Source: Bacillota bacterium
GTDB taxonomy: Bacteria > Bacillota > Bacilli > Bu12
Direction: 5' to 3'
DNA: 64,000 nucleotides
Assembly (NCBI GenBank): GCA_014896485.1
Contig: JADBKH010000008.1
Span: 6,710-70,709 of the forward strand
In this document: positions 29,167 to 38,895 of the stretch, one piece after another
Position numbering within the stretch: the first letter of the stretch is position 1
Layout: each line of letters opens with the position of its first letter
The notes under the pieces: generated by a model
Database searches by the model: none
What the model was told of the DNA's origin: nothing
What the model saw: the letters and a program-made list of their open reading frames with translations, nothing else
Position numbers and translations under genes: made by a program

Positions 29167-31059
29167 TCACTTTGCTTCCCGGCGTTGGCGCTGCCGACGT
29201 ATCTCGTCGAGCAACTCTTCCGTAAAGGCGCGATACGGCTGTGGGCCCACATCGCCGACGCCGCGCTTGCGTACGGCAACACTCTGACTGTCCAGCTCTT
29301 TGTTGCCCACCACCGCCATATAGGGAACCTTCTCCAACTCGGCTTGCCGGATCTTTTGGCCGATCTTTCCGTCCCGTAGATCAGCGACGGCGCGCAAACC
29401 GTGTTCGACAAAATATTGGGCAACATGGCGGGCATAGGCTTCATGTGCAGAGGCAATCGGCAATACCTTCACTTGCACCGGTGCCAGCCACAGCGGAAAA
29501 GCGCCGACATATTGCTCGGTCAGGATAGCGATGAAGCGCTCGATCGAGCCAAAGATCGCCCGGTGGATCACGATCGGGCGGTGCGGTTGGTTGTCCTCCC
29601 CGATGTATTCGATTGCGAACTTTTCTGGCATCTGAAAATCCAGCTGGACAGTCCCACATTGCCAGAATCGTCCCAAGGCGTCCTGAATATGAAAATCGAT
29701 CTTTGGCCCGTAAAAGGCCCCCTCTCCCGGGTTGAGGGTGTAGGGCACCGCACGTTCCTCAAGCACTTGCTTCAGCGCTGCCTCCGCGCGCTCCCACAGC
29801 TCTTCGGAGCCCATGGCATCTTGCGGCCGCGTCGAGAGCTCGACGCGATACGGAAAGCCGAAGACGCGGTAAATGTGATCGACCAATTCCAGCACACGGG
29901 CCAACTCCGCCTCCATCTGGTCTGGCGTGACAAACAGGTGGGCATCATCCTGGGTAAAAGCACGTACCCGCAGCAGTCCGTGCAAGGTGCCAGAGAGTTC
30001 GAAGCGGTGGACCAGCCCCAGCTCGGCATAGCGCAGCGGGAGATCACGATAGGAATGTGACTCACTCTGATAGGCCAAGATCGCCCCGGGACAATTCATC
30101 GGTTTGACAGCGTAGGGCACCCCTTCAACGTCGGTAAAGTACATGTTGTCTTTGTAATGATCCCAGTGGCCCGAACGCTCCCACAGCGAACGGTTCATCA
30201 TCATCGGGGTGCGAATCTCCTGATAGCCAGCCAAGCGATGCTCTTCACGCCAAAAGGATTCCAAGGTGTTGCGCAATGCCATCCCATTGGGCAAAAAGAT
30301 CGGCATACCCGGTGCCTCATCGACAAAGGTGAAGAGCTTCAACTCCCTACCCAATACCCGATGGTCACGCCGCTTGGCTTCTTCGGTCATCTCTAAGTGC
30401 CGGGCGAGTGCGGTCTCATCGGCAAAGGCAGTGCCGTAGACCCGCGTCAACATGGGATTGCCCGCCTTCCCCCGCCAATACGCCCCAGCCAGCGAGAGCA
30501 ACCGCAGCGCCCCTACCTGTCCGGTGTGCTGTACATGAGGACCTGCGCACAGGTCGGTGAACCCCCCCTGTGTGTACACCGTAATGCGCGCCCCTTCGGG
30601 AAGCCCAGAGATGATCTCACATTTGAAAGGTTGCTGCGCAAAGAGTTCCAGCGCTTCTTCGCGGCTTACCTCTCGGCGATCGATAGGCAACCGTTCGGTG
30701 ACAATGTGCTGCATCTCTGCTTCCAATGCCGGCAAATCGGCCTGGGTAAGCGGCGTTTCAAAGGCCATATCGTAGTAGAATCCCTCTTGTGTGGCGGGAC
30801 CGGTCCCCAATTTGGTGCCCGGGAAGAGCCGCAAGGCTGCTTGTGCCAACAGGTGGGCAGCGGTATGCCGCAACACTTGCAACGCTTCCGGATCGTTTAA
30901 ATGGACCAAGCGAACTGAGGCACCTTCGGGAATCGGATCGCGCCAATCCTTAAGCTGGCCATCGACCACGGCTGCCACGACGTCGTCTGCTGCTTCGCCC
31001 CGCATCTGGGCAAAGGCCAACGCATCTTTGGCCAGAGGGCGCTTGTTTTCTACTGCCAT
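29167..31059 (-). CDS. thrS: Threonine--tRNA ligase
   Basis: HTAAH, DLCAGPH, RDHR, KPMNCP, GAFYGPK and HRAIFGSIERF motifs; ATG after AGGAGG. Confidence 0.97.
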   Translation of the reverse strand: MAVENKRPLAKDALAFAQMRGEAADDVVAAVVDGQLKDWRDPIPEGASVRLVHLNDPEALQVLRHTAAHLLAQAALRLFPGTKLGTGPATQEGFYYDMAFETPLTQADLPALEAEMQHIVTERLPIDRREVSREEALELFAQQPFKCEIISGLPEGARITVYTQGGFTDLCAGPHVQHTGQVGALRLLSLAGAYWRGKAGNPMLTRVYGTAFADETALARHLEMTEEAKRRDHRVLGRELKLFTFVDEAPGMPIFLPNGMALRNTLESFWREEHRLAGYQEIRTPMMMNRSLWERSGHWDHYKDNMYFTDVEGVPYAVKPMNCPGAILAYQSESHSYRDLPLRYAELGLVHRFELSGTLHGLLRVRAFTQDDAHLFVTPDQMEAELARVLELVDHIYRVFGFPYRVELSTRPQDAMGSEELWERAEAALKQVLEERAVPYTLNPGEGAFYGPKIDFHIQDALGRFWQCGTVQLDFQMPEKFAIEYIGEDNQPHRPIVIHRAIFGSIERFIAILTEQYVGAFPLWLAPVQVKVLPIASAHEAYARHVAQYFVEHGLRAVADLRDGKIGQKIRQAELEKVPYMAVVGNKELDSQSVAVRKRGVGDVGPQPYRAFTEELLDEIRRQRQRREAK

Positions 31060-31084
31060 TCTTCTGCTCCTCCTTTGACAGCGA

Positions 31085-31285
31085 GCAGGTGCTCCGATCC
31101 CCAAAAAGGGACGGGAGCACCCGCGGTTCCACCCTTGTTGGCCCAAAGGCCCACTTTTGTGCCCGATAACGGGGGCATCCGAAAAAAAGTCCAACCCGAA
31201 AAGTGGTACGACAGACCCGCTGTCAGAGGCTTGCACCCATCCCTCTTCGCTGTTGGCAGCAGACAGCCTGCGCGTCTCTTCGGTG
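31085..31285 (-). ncRNA. T-box riboswitch with Thr (ACC) specifier
   Basis: Minus strand has AACAAGGGTGGAACCGCG antiterminator, a Stem I with CAGCGA and GGTGCAA, and ACC at 31205-31207 in the specifier position. An extended -10 (TGCTACAAT) lies near 31305-31313. Confidence 0.9.
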
Positions 31286-31491
31286 TGTTTCCTGAGATCG
31301 CGACGATTGTAGCAGAGTGTAACGACCTGACTCAACTTCCGCAGCCAGCCTACCTTGCCCTGGAGTATCCGGTGCAGTTGCGAGGCGTTTGGCAACAAAG
31401 CCAGGGCTTTCGTATCTTCCCGCCTTTCTTCTTGCTGCGTAGCCTAAGTGTAGATGCTGCCACCAAGCGCTCACAGGAAGGAATGAGGGGA

Positions 31492-31743
31492 ATGGCCCAT
31501 ACCGAGTGGGACCGAATGGGGCGCAAAGAGCTCTACCACCGTCTTCAGCTGCACCAATTCCAGGCATATGACTGGATGCTCTACACCGATATGCACCCGC
31601 ACAGCCGAGAGGGTTTGCGTCGTTTTCAAGAGCACAACGAAGAAGCACGCCAATTGCGGGAAACTTTCGCACGGCGTTACCGTCCCATCGACCAATGGGA
31701 TGACCAATGGCCGGTGCGTTCTGAAGTTGATGTAGAGGGGTGA
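31492..31743 (+). CDS. cotJB: Spore coat protein CotJB-like
   Basis: LQ..QF..YD..LYTDMHP and RYRPI motifs; directly upstream of a cotJC-like gene. Confidence 0.7.
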   Translation: MAHTEWDRMGRKELYHRLQLHQFQAYDWMLYTDMHPHSREGLRRFQEHNEEARQLRETFARRYRPIDQWDDQWPVRSEVDVEG

Positions 31744-31750
31744 GAGGCAG

Positions 31751-32401
31751 ATGTGGTATTACGAAGCCAAATTTGAGCATCCAGTCAAAGTCAATCACTC
31801 CGATCCCCGACTCGCCAAACTGTTGCTGGCACAATACGGTGGACCCCAAGGCGAATGTGCCGCTGCCTTGCGTTATCTGGATCAACGTTATGCCATGTCC
31901 GATTTTGACAAACGAACCGCCGGTCTGCTGACGGATATTGGGACAGAAGAGATGGCGCATTTGGAAATCTTGGGAGAGCTTTACCACCAGCTCGTCGAAG
32001 GCGTCTCTCTCCACGAGCTAAAAGAAGCAGGATTGGCCGGCAATTATGTCGAGTTTGGAACCAACCCCTTCTATATCAATGAGTCCGGACAGCCGTGGAC
32101 CGCCGGATACATCTCTGCGACGGGAGATCCGTTGGCAGATGTCCATGAGGACATCGCTGCGGAAGAAAAAGCACGGGCGGTCTACGAGCACCTGATCGAC
32201 CTGACCGACGATCCCGATGTGAAAGACACACTGCAATTTTTGTGGAGTCGCGAGATCGTGCACAGCCGTCGTTTTCGCGAAGCAGCACAACACTTAGATG
32301 AAGTACTCCATGAGCGGCGCAGCATCGTCATTGGCGGGCCCGTCAGTCGGACCAACCGCTATGTCCACTATGAACACAAGCCAGAATCGGACCGCCCTTA
32401 A
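31751..32401 (+). CDS. cotJC: Manganese-catalase-family spore coat protein CotJC
   Basis: MWYYE, QYGGPQGE, DIGTEEMAHLE, EDIAAEEKA and REIVH motifs. Confidence 0.88.
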   Translation: MWYYEAKFEHPVKVNHSDPRLAKLLLAQYGGPQGECAAALRYLDQRYAMSDFDKRTAGLLTDIGTEEMAHLEILGELYHQLVEGVSLHELKEAGLAGNYVEFGTNPFYINESGQPWTAGYISATGDPLADVHEDIAAEEKARAVYEHLIDLTDDPDVKDTLQFLWSREIVHSRRFREAAQHLDEVLHERRSIVIGGPVSRTNRYVHYEHKPESDRP

Positions 32402-32481
32402 ACGGATCCCAGGCCGCAATGCTCACAATCCACTTCATTGGCGAAGGAGGCGTAAGGGGATGCTCCTTCGCTTTTTCTCTT

Positions 32482-33627
32482 CTAATCAGCGAGCCACACC
32501 GCCCGTTTGATTTCTCCTTTCTGGTGCCGGTAAGCCTGCGCGACCTCCTCCAAGGGAATCCGTTTTGCGATAAAGCTTCCCAGCCAGCCGGGATGTTCTG
32601 CTTCGACCGTCGACAGCCAGCCGATCGCTTCTTCAAAGTCGCCTCTTGAAGAGCTGACCGATCCGCAGACGATCCGGTTGCCCAGCACCAGCTGCTTTTC
32701 CAATGCACCGGCTTCGAGATCGAACCGTTGGTGTTGATCGGCGACACCGAGCAGGAGCACCACGCCATCCTCGCCGACGGCCTTGGCCGCTTCGACCGCC
32801 AATGGTGCCACGCCAGTGGCTTCAACGACCAAATCGGGACTTCCCATTACAGCGGGCAGCTGCTCAACCGCGTAGATGTCGGCGGAGAGGAATCGTGCGC
32901 CAATCGCCTGGACCAATGAAGCTTTGGGATCAATCTCAGAGACCGCATCGAAGACGGAGACCTCCCATCCCCGCCTGCGTAGAAAGCAAGTCGCCAAAAG
33001 GCCGATTTGGCCAGCCCCCAACACCAGTGCACGCTGCGGGTGCCATGCGCGCATGCGGCGGGCGAAGAGATCGATCTGGTGCATCGCCTTGATGACCACG
33101 CTGGCAGGTTCCGTTAAAATGCCCAACGCCTTAAGCGGGGGTGGCAAGGGAACCAGGTATGCAGCATCCTCAACAAAATATTCCGCCAGATATCCATCCG
33201 CCCCCCAGAGTCCTCGTTCTGTGTACGCTCCCGAACGGCAATAGTCCGGCTCTCCCGCCCGGCAGGGCGAACAACTGGGGTCGGCACAAGGGCGGCGGAC
33301 GGTCGGCACCACGTACATGCCGGCCACCAGGGCGTGTACTTGTCTTCCAACGGCGATCACGCGTCCTACAGCCTCATGACCGACAACCAACGATCCGTCT
33401 GGGGCGGCAGGACGTCCGTAGTTGCCCTCGTAAACCGCCCGATCGGTCGCATCAATGCCGAGCTGTAGGGTTTGGACCAACACCTGATGATCCTGCAACC
33501 CCGAAAGGGAACGCCAGACGGTTTGCAGACTTCCCCGCTGACCTACCTTCACAGCAACCGCGCGTACCTCTTCCCGTCCGGGCAGGAGTGTTTCCTGCTG
33601 TGCGGGAGCGATGCCCATCGTCCCCAC
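32482..33627 (-). CDS. Zn-dependent (MDR-family) glucose 1-dehydrogenase
   Basis: GIDATD, GHEAVG, VVPTVRRP, a four-Cys structural Zn site, YTERG, GAGQIG and VLGN..GSV motifs. Confidence 0.8.
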   Translation of the reverse strand: MGTMGIAPAQQETLLPGREEVRAVAVKVGQRGSLQTVWRSLSGLQDHQVLVQTLQLGIDATDRAVYEGNYGRPAAPDGSLVVGHEAVGRVIAVGRQVHALVAGMYVVPTVRRPCADPSCSPCRAGEPDYCRSGAYTERGLWGADGYLAEYFVEDAAYLVPLPPPLKALGILTEPASVVIKAMHQIDLFARRMRAWHPQRALVLGAGQIGLLATCFLRRRGWEVSVFDAVSEIDPKASLVQAIGARFLSADIYAVEQLPAVMGSPDLVVEATGVAPLAVEAAKAVGEDGVVLLLGVADQHQRFDLEAGALEKQLVLGNRIVCGSVSSSRGDFEEAIGWLSTVEAEHPGWLGSFIAKRIPLEEVAQAYRHQKGEIKRAVWLAD

Positions 33628-33641
33628 TTCGAGTCCCCTCC

Positions 33642-35618
33642 TTATTCGGCCAATGCCTGCTTTTTCCGAACATACTCCTGAAAGACGCGGCAATAGGTGG
33701 CCTGTGACCAGGTGAGCGGTGAGACCGACACAAAATTTCCTGTATACGGATCGATCTGCTCGGCCATCACCCCAGAGGGCAAGGTGTGGTCGGCCACCCA
33801 CTGCAGATAAGGAAGAGCTTCATCGACTTCCTGCAGTTGCGTGGCTTTAGCGATCAACCACTCGGCGTACCAAAGGGTACAGATGATCCAAGGATTGCCT
33901 GGAACACGGTCGATCTCTTCGCTCACCCGATGGTAAGCATCCCCAGGATAGCGGGCGATCCCTCCGATTGGGGTCTGGACCCATAGCTGTTCACGAATCT
34001 GAGACATCGTTGCCACAACCTGGGGAGCATCGGGTGGAAGCACGCCGAAGTCAAAAACCGCGTATAGGCTGGCATCCAACGTCTTGTCAGGAACCACTCG
34101 TCCCTGATCGTCTAGCGTGAGCATGCGCACAAAGCGTTGGGAGGATGCGTCCCACAGCTGCTGAAGCATCGCCGTGCGCACCTGTTGGGCTCCCTCCGAA
34201 AATGCCTGAGCCTCCTCTCCATCCCCAAATGTCTCAGCGAACGCAGCTGCCGCCTGTAGCCCAGCGACCACCGTCGCGGTCGTGAAAGTGAGAATGCCTC
34301 GTCGTTCCTCCCACAGGTCGTAGGAAGGCCTGGGCAGCTTCGTCTGGGCATCGCGGTAAGCGAGCAGAAACTTTCCAGCGGGAAGAATGAGCCGATCGTA
34401 GAGCGATCGGACAAACTCGGTATCGTGAAAGCAAGCATAGTGATGCCAGAGTGCGTACAATGGCAGAGCCGTCTCATCCTCCTGGATGGGCAACTGTCGA
34501 TGGCGATGGGGATCGCTCCAGGGATGCCAGCTCGATCCGGCCGAGCCGTCGGGATTGTACTTGTGTAGCCAAAAACCCTGGCTGGTGATGCGATCGGCCA
34601 AAAAGGTGTAGAAGCGCTGTGTCATGCCGGCATAGCCACACAGATCCAACGTGTAGGCCACCAGGGCACCGTCCCGCGGCCACAGGTAAGCATAAGTATC
34701 GCGGTTGAATTTGAGCACATCGGCATCGGTCGAAGCAATGATGGCACCGCTGCGATCCACTTGGGTGCTGAGCACCAACAGAGACCGTTTGTAGACCTCA
34801 GTCAGCCGTGGATCGACGCCCTCAAACCGTTTGGGTTGCTTGTGTAACCAAGCACTCCAAAACGATCGGGTACGCCCCAAGAGCCTGTCAGGGGTACGAT
34901 GAAGCAGCCAGTCATGTAAACGCAACGCATCGGGGTACTCCGTCCCTGCCGTCAACCAGAACCATCCTATCGCTCCTGCTTGACCACCGACTTGCAAATC
35001 GATCTCGCCGACCCCGTCGATCGACCCTTGGCTGACCGGATAAGCTTCGAGCCGGCCATCTTCGGCATCTTTCCACGTTCCTTGGCTGCCGTTAAACTCC
35101 TTAACACCAGTAGCAAAATTGCTCAACCCAGGAGCCTCCTGCCCGGCCTGTCCACACAAGAGGAAGTAACGGCGTCGCTTGTAGAAAATCAACGCGCGGT
35201 GGACAGGATCGTAAAAGCAGGTATCCCCCACGTTTGCTTCCTGAAGATGGGCATCGAAGTGAAAGAAGAGGCGTACCTGACGATCGGCTTCCCGAAGGTT
35301 GTCGACTTTGACTTGGCGGATCAGAACATTACGCTCAAAGTCGATCGCATCGTGCAGCGTCAAACGCACCCCGAGCTGCGGCTCCTCTAGGATGACATCG
35401 CTCACCAGCGTCTCTGCTTCGTACGTCTGCCGGATTCGTCGCCACACCGGATCGTCGATCCAGCGAAAGACCCCGTCGACGAAGATCCCAAAATGGGAGA
35501 GATGATCCTCGGTATGGTCTTCTTCACCGACGTGCGGGTAAAAGAGCTCGCGTAGGTTGTAACCACTGTCGAAGTTGACCGCCAACGAACCATTGGACAA
35601 CGGCAAATCTCGGGGCAC
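33642..35618 (-). CDS. Glycoside hydrolase family 15 (glucoamylase/trehalase-like)
   Basis: YAYLWPRD, IQEDET, DLWEER, LDAS, RYPGDAY and AEQ..PLTWS motifs. Confidence 0.9.
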   Translation of the reverse strand: MPRDLPLSNGSLAVNFDSGYNLRELFYPHVGEEDHTEDHLSHFGIFVDGVFRWIDDPVWRRIRQTYEAETLVSDVILEEPQLGVRLTLHDAIDFERNVLIRQVKVDNLREADRQVRLFFHFDAHLQEANVGDTCFYDPVHRALIFYKRRRYFLLCGQAGQEAPGLSNFATGVKEFNGSQGTWKDAEDGRLEAYPVSQGSIDGVGEIDLQVGGQAGAIGWFWLTAGTEYPDALRLHDWLLHRTPDRLLGRTRSFWSAWLHKQPKRFEGVDPRLTEVYKRSLLVLSTQVDRSGAIIASTDADVLKFNRDTYAYLWPRDGALVAYTLDLCGYAGMTQRFYTFLADRITSQGFWLHKYNPDGSAGSSWHPWSDPHRHRQLPIQEDETALPLYALWHHYACFHDTEFVRSLYDRLILPAGKFLLAYRDAQTKLPRPSYDLWEERRGILTFTTATVVAGLQAAAAFAETFGDGEEAQAFSEGAQQVRTAMLQQLWDASSQRFVRMLTLDDQGRVVPDKTLDASLYAVFDFGVLPPDAPQVVATMSQIREQLWVQTPIGGIARYPGDAYHRVSEEIDRVPGNPWIICTLWYAEWLIAKATQLQEVDEALPYLQWVADHTLPSGVMAEQIDPYTGNFVSVSPLTWSQATYCRVFQEYVRKKQALAE

Positions 35619-35640
35619 GCGCCACCTTCCCTTCCTCGCC

Positions 35641-35670
35641 TAAGGTGTGGCACGACCCCGCAAGCTATAC
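35641..35670 (-). promoter_or_regulatory. Possible sigma-G (forespore) promoter
   Basis: Minus strand GTATA-N18-CACCTTA just upstream of the GH15 RBS, one mismatch from GHATR-N17/18-CATNNTA. Confidence 0.4.
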
Positions 35671-35784
35671 GTCTGAAATGAACCCGCATTCAGGCCACCT
35701 GTGCATCCTGTGTCGAAACGCTGCAAAGAAAAGAGCAGGGCGATGGTAGCTACCCTACTCTTTTCTGCAAGTGTGGTTGAGGGC

Positions 35785-36930
35785 TTATTGCTGCAAAAGT
35801 GGCTGCCCATCCGGACCTGTGATTTTTTGCAACTGGTGCAAGCCAAACTGCTGCACCGAGTCCGGCAGCGGCGCATAGTAGAGCGAGGCTGCTTTCGATT
35901 GGCCGTCCGTGATCATCCATTTCAATAGATTGACCAACTCTTTCCCCTTGGTGGCATCCGTCTGTTTGGTGTAGACGATCACCCATGAAAAGCCCGTAAT
36001 CGGGTAGGAGTCAGCCCCGTCCGCATTGACGATATAGATTTTGCCATCCGCCGGGAGTTGGAACTGTGCAGCAGCAGCCGAAGCGGCCTCTACGGTCGGT
36101 TCGACAAACTTGCCCGCCTTGTTCTTGACCCACACGACCGGCATGTTGCTCTGCTTCGCATAGCTCAATTCGCCATAGCCAATGGAATATTTCGTGCTGC
36201 GTACGGTCGAAGCCACACCCTCTGTACCTTTCGCACCTACACCGACATTGTGCCAATCCGGTGAAGTACTCGCATTCGACTCAGGCCAATCCTGAGGATC
36301 GACGGCCGCAAAATAATGGGTGATAATCGAAGTCGTTCCGGAACCGTCGGAACGGTGGGCGACGACGATATTATTCGAAGGCAGCTTTACGCCAGGGTTG
36401 TCTGCCGCGATCGCCGGATCGTTCCATTTGGTGATCTTGCCAGCAAAGATCTTCGTCAGCGTCGTCCCGTCCAGTTGCAGCTTGTCAACCCCCGGGAGAT
36501 TGTAGAAGATAGCGGCAGGACCGATGGTCACCGGAATGTGAACGACCGCGTCTGCGCCGCCCACCGCCTGCTCTTGATCGGGTTTGAGAGGGGCATCCGA
36601 GGCGCCAAAATCCACTTCCTTATTGGTTAAGGCCTGAATGCCACCACCGGAGCCGATCGATTGATAGTTGATCTTTACATTGGGATGCGCACGCTCATAG
36701 TCTGGAAACATGGCAGAAAAGAGCGGATTATCAAACGTCGATCCGGCACCCGTCAAATTGACAGTAGCGCCTGTACTGCTCTGTGGTGTGGAAGACTGCT
36801 GAGGAGAAGTCCCTGTACTGGCATTACCGGCGGTATTGCCACCGTTGCCCGAGCCGCAACCAGCCAAAAGCGCGGCAAAAAGGACGCCCCCGGAGAGCAA
36901 AATCCCTGTCTTTCGGTTGAACACGCGCAT
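35785..36930 (-). CDS. pstS: Phosphate ABC transporter substrate-binding lipoprotein
   Basis: LAGC lipobox, GAGSTF, SIGSGGG, DFGASD, RSDGSGT and YPI motifs. Confidence 0.95.
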   Translation of the reverse strand: MRVFNRKTGILLSGGVLFAALLAGCGSGNGGNTAGNASTGTSPQQSSTPQSSTGATVNLTGAGSTFDNPLFSAMFPDYERAHPNVKINYQSIGSGGGIQALTNKEVDFGASDAPLKPDQEQAVGGADAVVHIPVTIGPAAIFYNLPGVDKLQLDGTTLTKIFAGKITKWNDPAIAADNPGVKLPSNNIVVAHRSDGSGTTSIITHYFAAVDPQDWPESNASTSPDWHNVGVGAKGTEGVASTVRSTKYSIGYGELSYAKQSNMPVVWVKNKAGKFVEPTVEAASAAAAQFQLPADGKIYIVNADGADSYPITGFSWVIVYTKQTDATKGKELVNLLKWMITDGQSKAASLYYAPLPDSVQQFGLHQLQKITGPDGQPLLQQ

Positions 36931-36974
36931 CCTGAGCCTCCTTGGCAATCGCAATCACTTCCTGCGCCTTGTCC

Positions 36975-37028
36975 AGTGTAGCGATCGAATGTTATGAGAA
37001 TGTTAAGGAACGATTAAGTCTTTGTTAG
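36975..37028 (-). promoter_or_regulatory. PhoP-type Pho box (4 direct repeats) plus -10
   Basis: Minus strand CTAACA, TTAATC, TTAACA, ATAACA at exact 11-bp period (37023, 37012, 37001, 36990), with TACACT -10 at 36975-36980. Confidence 0.85.
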
Positions 37029-37218
37029 GACGGACACCCTAGACACGTCTTTGCTTTATCATGCTCCCTCGACAAGTACATTACTCTAAGGGGTCCATAC
37101 GAGCCACCGCTGACTCGATAAGCATGCGTTTCGACAGCGAATTCCAGAAAGATGCTTGCTTTGTGATACCGAGGCGATATGCTGATAACCAAAAGCACCA
37201 TCGACAGATGGGAAGGAG

Positions 37219-37629
37219 ATGTTCCGGTTGCAATACTGGCAACGAATCGAACCGGACCAAGTGATGACAGCCTTCCATCAGACAGGACTAACCCCCCTTC
37301 AACACGCCTATTTCAACGAGGACGGCAGCGGTGCCTGTGCAATCGGTGCACTTTTCACACTCGCCTACGGCCGCTTGCCCGGAGACATGTTCCAGCGTTC
37401 CAAGCAGGCCTTTGATTGGGCGATCGCCCGCTGGGGCGGATGGTACGTCCTCGGTTTTGTCAGGGGATTCGATGGCAATCAGCATGGACTGGCCTATCAC
37501 GGGGCCTATTGGCTGTCGAAACGCTTTCGCCAAGGTATCCAGGATGGACAGCAGGTATGGCAGAAGGTTCAACACGTATTGCCTTGTACGCCCACTCAGA
37601 CGGACCGACCGGTTGTAGAGGTCGCCTGA
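37219..37629 (+). CDS. Hypothetical protein (136 aa)
   Basis: GGAAGGAG RBS, ATG start and protein-like composition; followed by a strong hairpin. Confidence 0.6.
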   Translation: MFRLQYWQRIEPDQVMTAFHQTGLTPLQHAYFNEDGSGACAIGALFTLAYGRLPGDMFQRSKQAFDWAIARWGGWYVLGFVRGFDGNQHGLAYHGAYWLSKRFRQGIQDGQQVWQKVQHVLPCTPTQTDRPVVEVA

Positions 37630-37657
37630 CACCCTTGCCCCACACGCCAGCACCGGC

Positions 37658-37708
37658 AGGTAGAACAAAAGCGGTACGGATCGAGTCCGTACCGCTTTTG
37701 TTCTACCT
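37658..37708. terminator. 23-bp perfect inverted repeat (probable bidirectional terminator)
   Basis: AGGTAGAACAAAAGCGGTACGGA-tcgag-TCCGTACCGCTTTTGTTCTACCT. Confidence 0.8.
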
Positions 37709-37732
37709 TCGTCCAAATAAATCGAAAGGAAA

Positions 37733-37807
37733 TGGTGGGCGCTGTAGGGATTGAACCTACGACCTCTTCCGCGTCAAGGAAGCGCTCTCCCACTGAGCTA
37801 AGCGCCC
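37733..37807 (-). tRNA. tRNA-Val(GAC)
   Basis: Cloverleaf GGGCGCT...CTTCC-TTGACGC-GGAAG...GGTTCAATCC...ACCA. Confidence 0.96.
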
Positions 37808-37858
37808 AAGCGCCGTGCGACAGCAGTGAGCATAGCACAGCGGCGACAAAGCTTCAAG

Positions 37859-38875
37859 TCAATCTTGCTCTTGGGGAATGCGCAATACGATCTTCCCGAA
37901 CTGCTCCCCTTGGGCCATCCGTTGCTGGGCTTGGGCAGCTTCTTCCAATGGATAGACCGCGTCAACGACCGGATGAAGCTGCATCTTTTCATAGAAGGCC
38001 AACATCTCAGCGAAGTCCTTCGGGCTACCCATCGTCGATCCCCGTATGTCGAGTTGCTTAAAGAAGAGTCGAGGCAGAACAAGTTCATGTACTGGACCCG
38101 ATGTCGCCCCAAAGACAACAATGCGCCCTCCCGGATTGGCCACGTAGATCAGATTGGCAAACGTTTCACCGCCGACGCTATCGATGCTCAAATCCGCTCC
38201 GCCACACAGCTGCCGCAACTGTTTTTGCCAGCCATCGGCTTTGTAGTTAACACCTCCCGCTGCCCCCATTTCTTTCGCCCGGACAAGCTTGGCCTCACTC
38301 GAGGAAGTCACATAGACCTTGGCCCCGAGCGCAACGCAGATTTGCAGCACGAAAGTAGCGACACCGCCACCAATCCCCGGAATCACCACGGTTTACCCTG
38401 CAGCAAGCTTCCCGCGTGTCACTACGGCACGCCACGCCGTCAACCCGGCCAGTGGAAGCGCTGCAGCCTCCTCAAAAGAGAGATGGGCCGGCTTGGGAAA
38501 GACATTCTCGGCAGGGACGGCCACAAGCTGTGCATAGGTCCCGTTGCTCGGGATGCCCAAGATCTCAAAATCGGGGCCATAGAACCGCTCGTCCTCTCCC
38601 CAATGGAGGGCTGGATTGATGAGTACAGGATCGCCAACCTTCACGTGTCGGACATGCTCCCCGACCTCCGCCACAACGCCAGCTCCATCCGAACCGGGAA
38701 TGGCGGGCAGATGCACGCCAGGATACTGTCCTTGCTGTGCGTAAAGATCGCGGCGATTGAGCGCTGCTGCCCGAAGACGGACAACCACTTCCTCGGCAGA
38801 GGGATGGGGATCTTCCACCGTCTGCAGGACCAGCTTGTCCGAACCTCCAAGTTCTGGCATGACCATCGCTTTCAT
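37859..38875 (-). pseudogene. MDR-family NAD(P)H:quinone oxidoreductase with an in-frame stop
   Basis: MKAMV..ALNRRD..PGSDGAG..EEAAALPL, then TAA at 38393-38395, then in-frame TVVIPGIGGGVA...GSTMG...FGKIVL. Confidence 0.85.
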
Positions 38876-38895
38876 CGACTCACCCCCTGCTTTAT

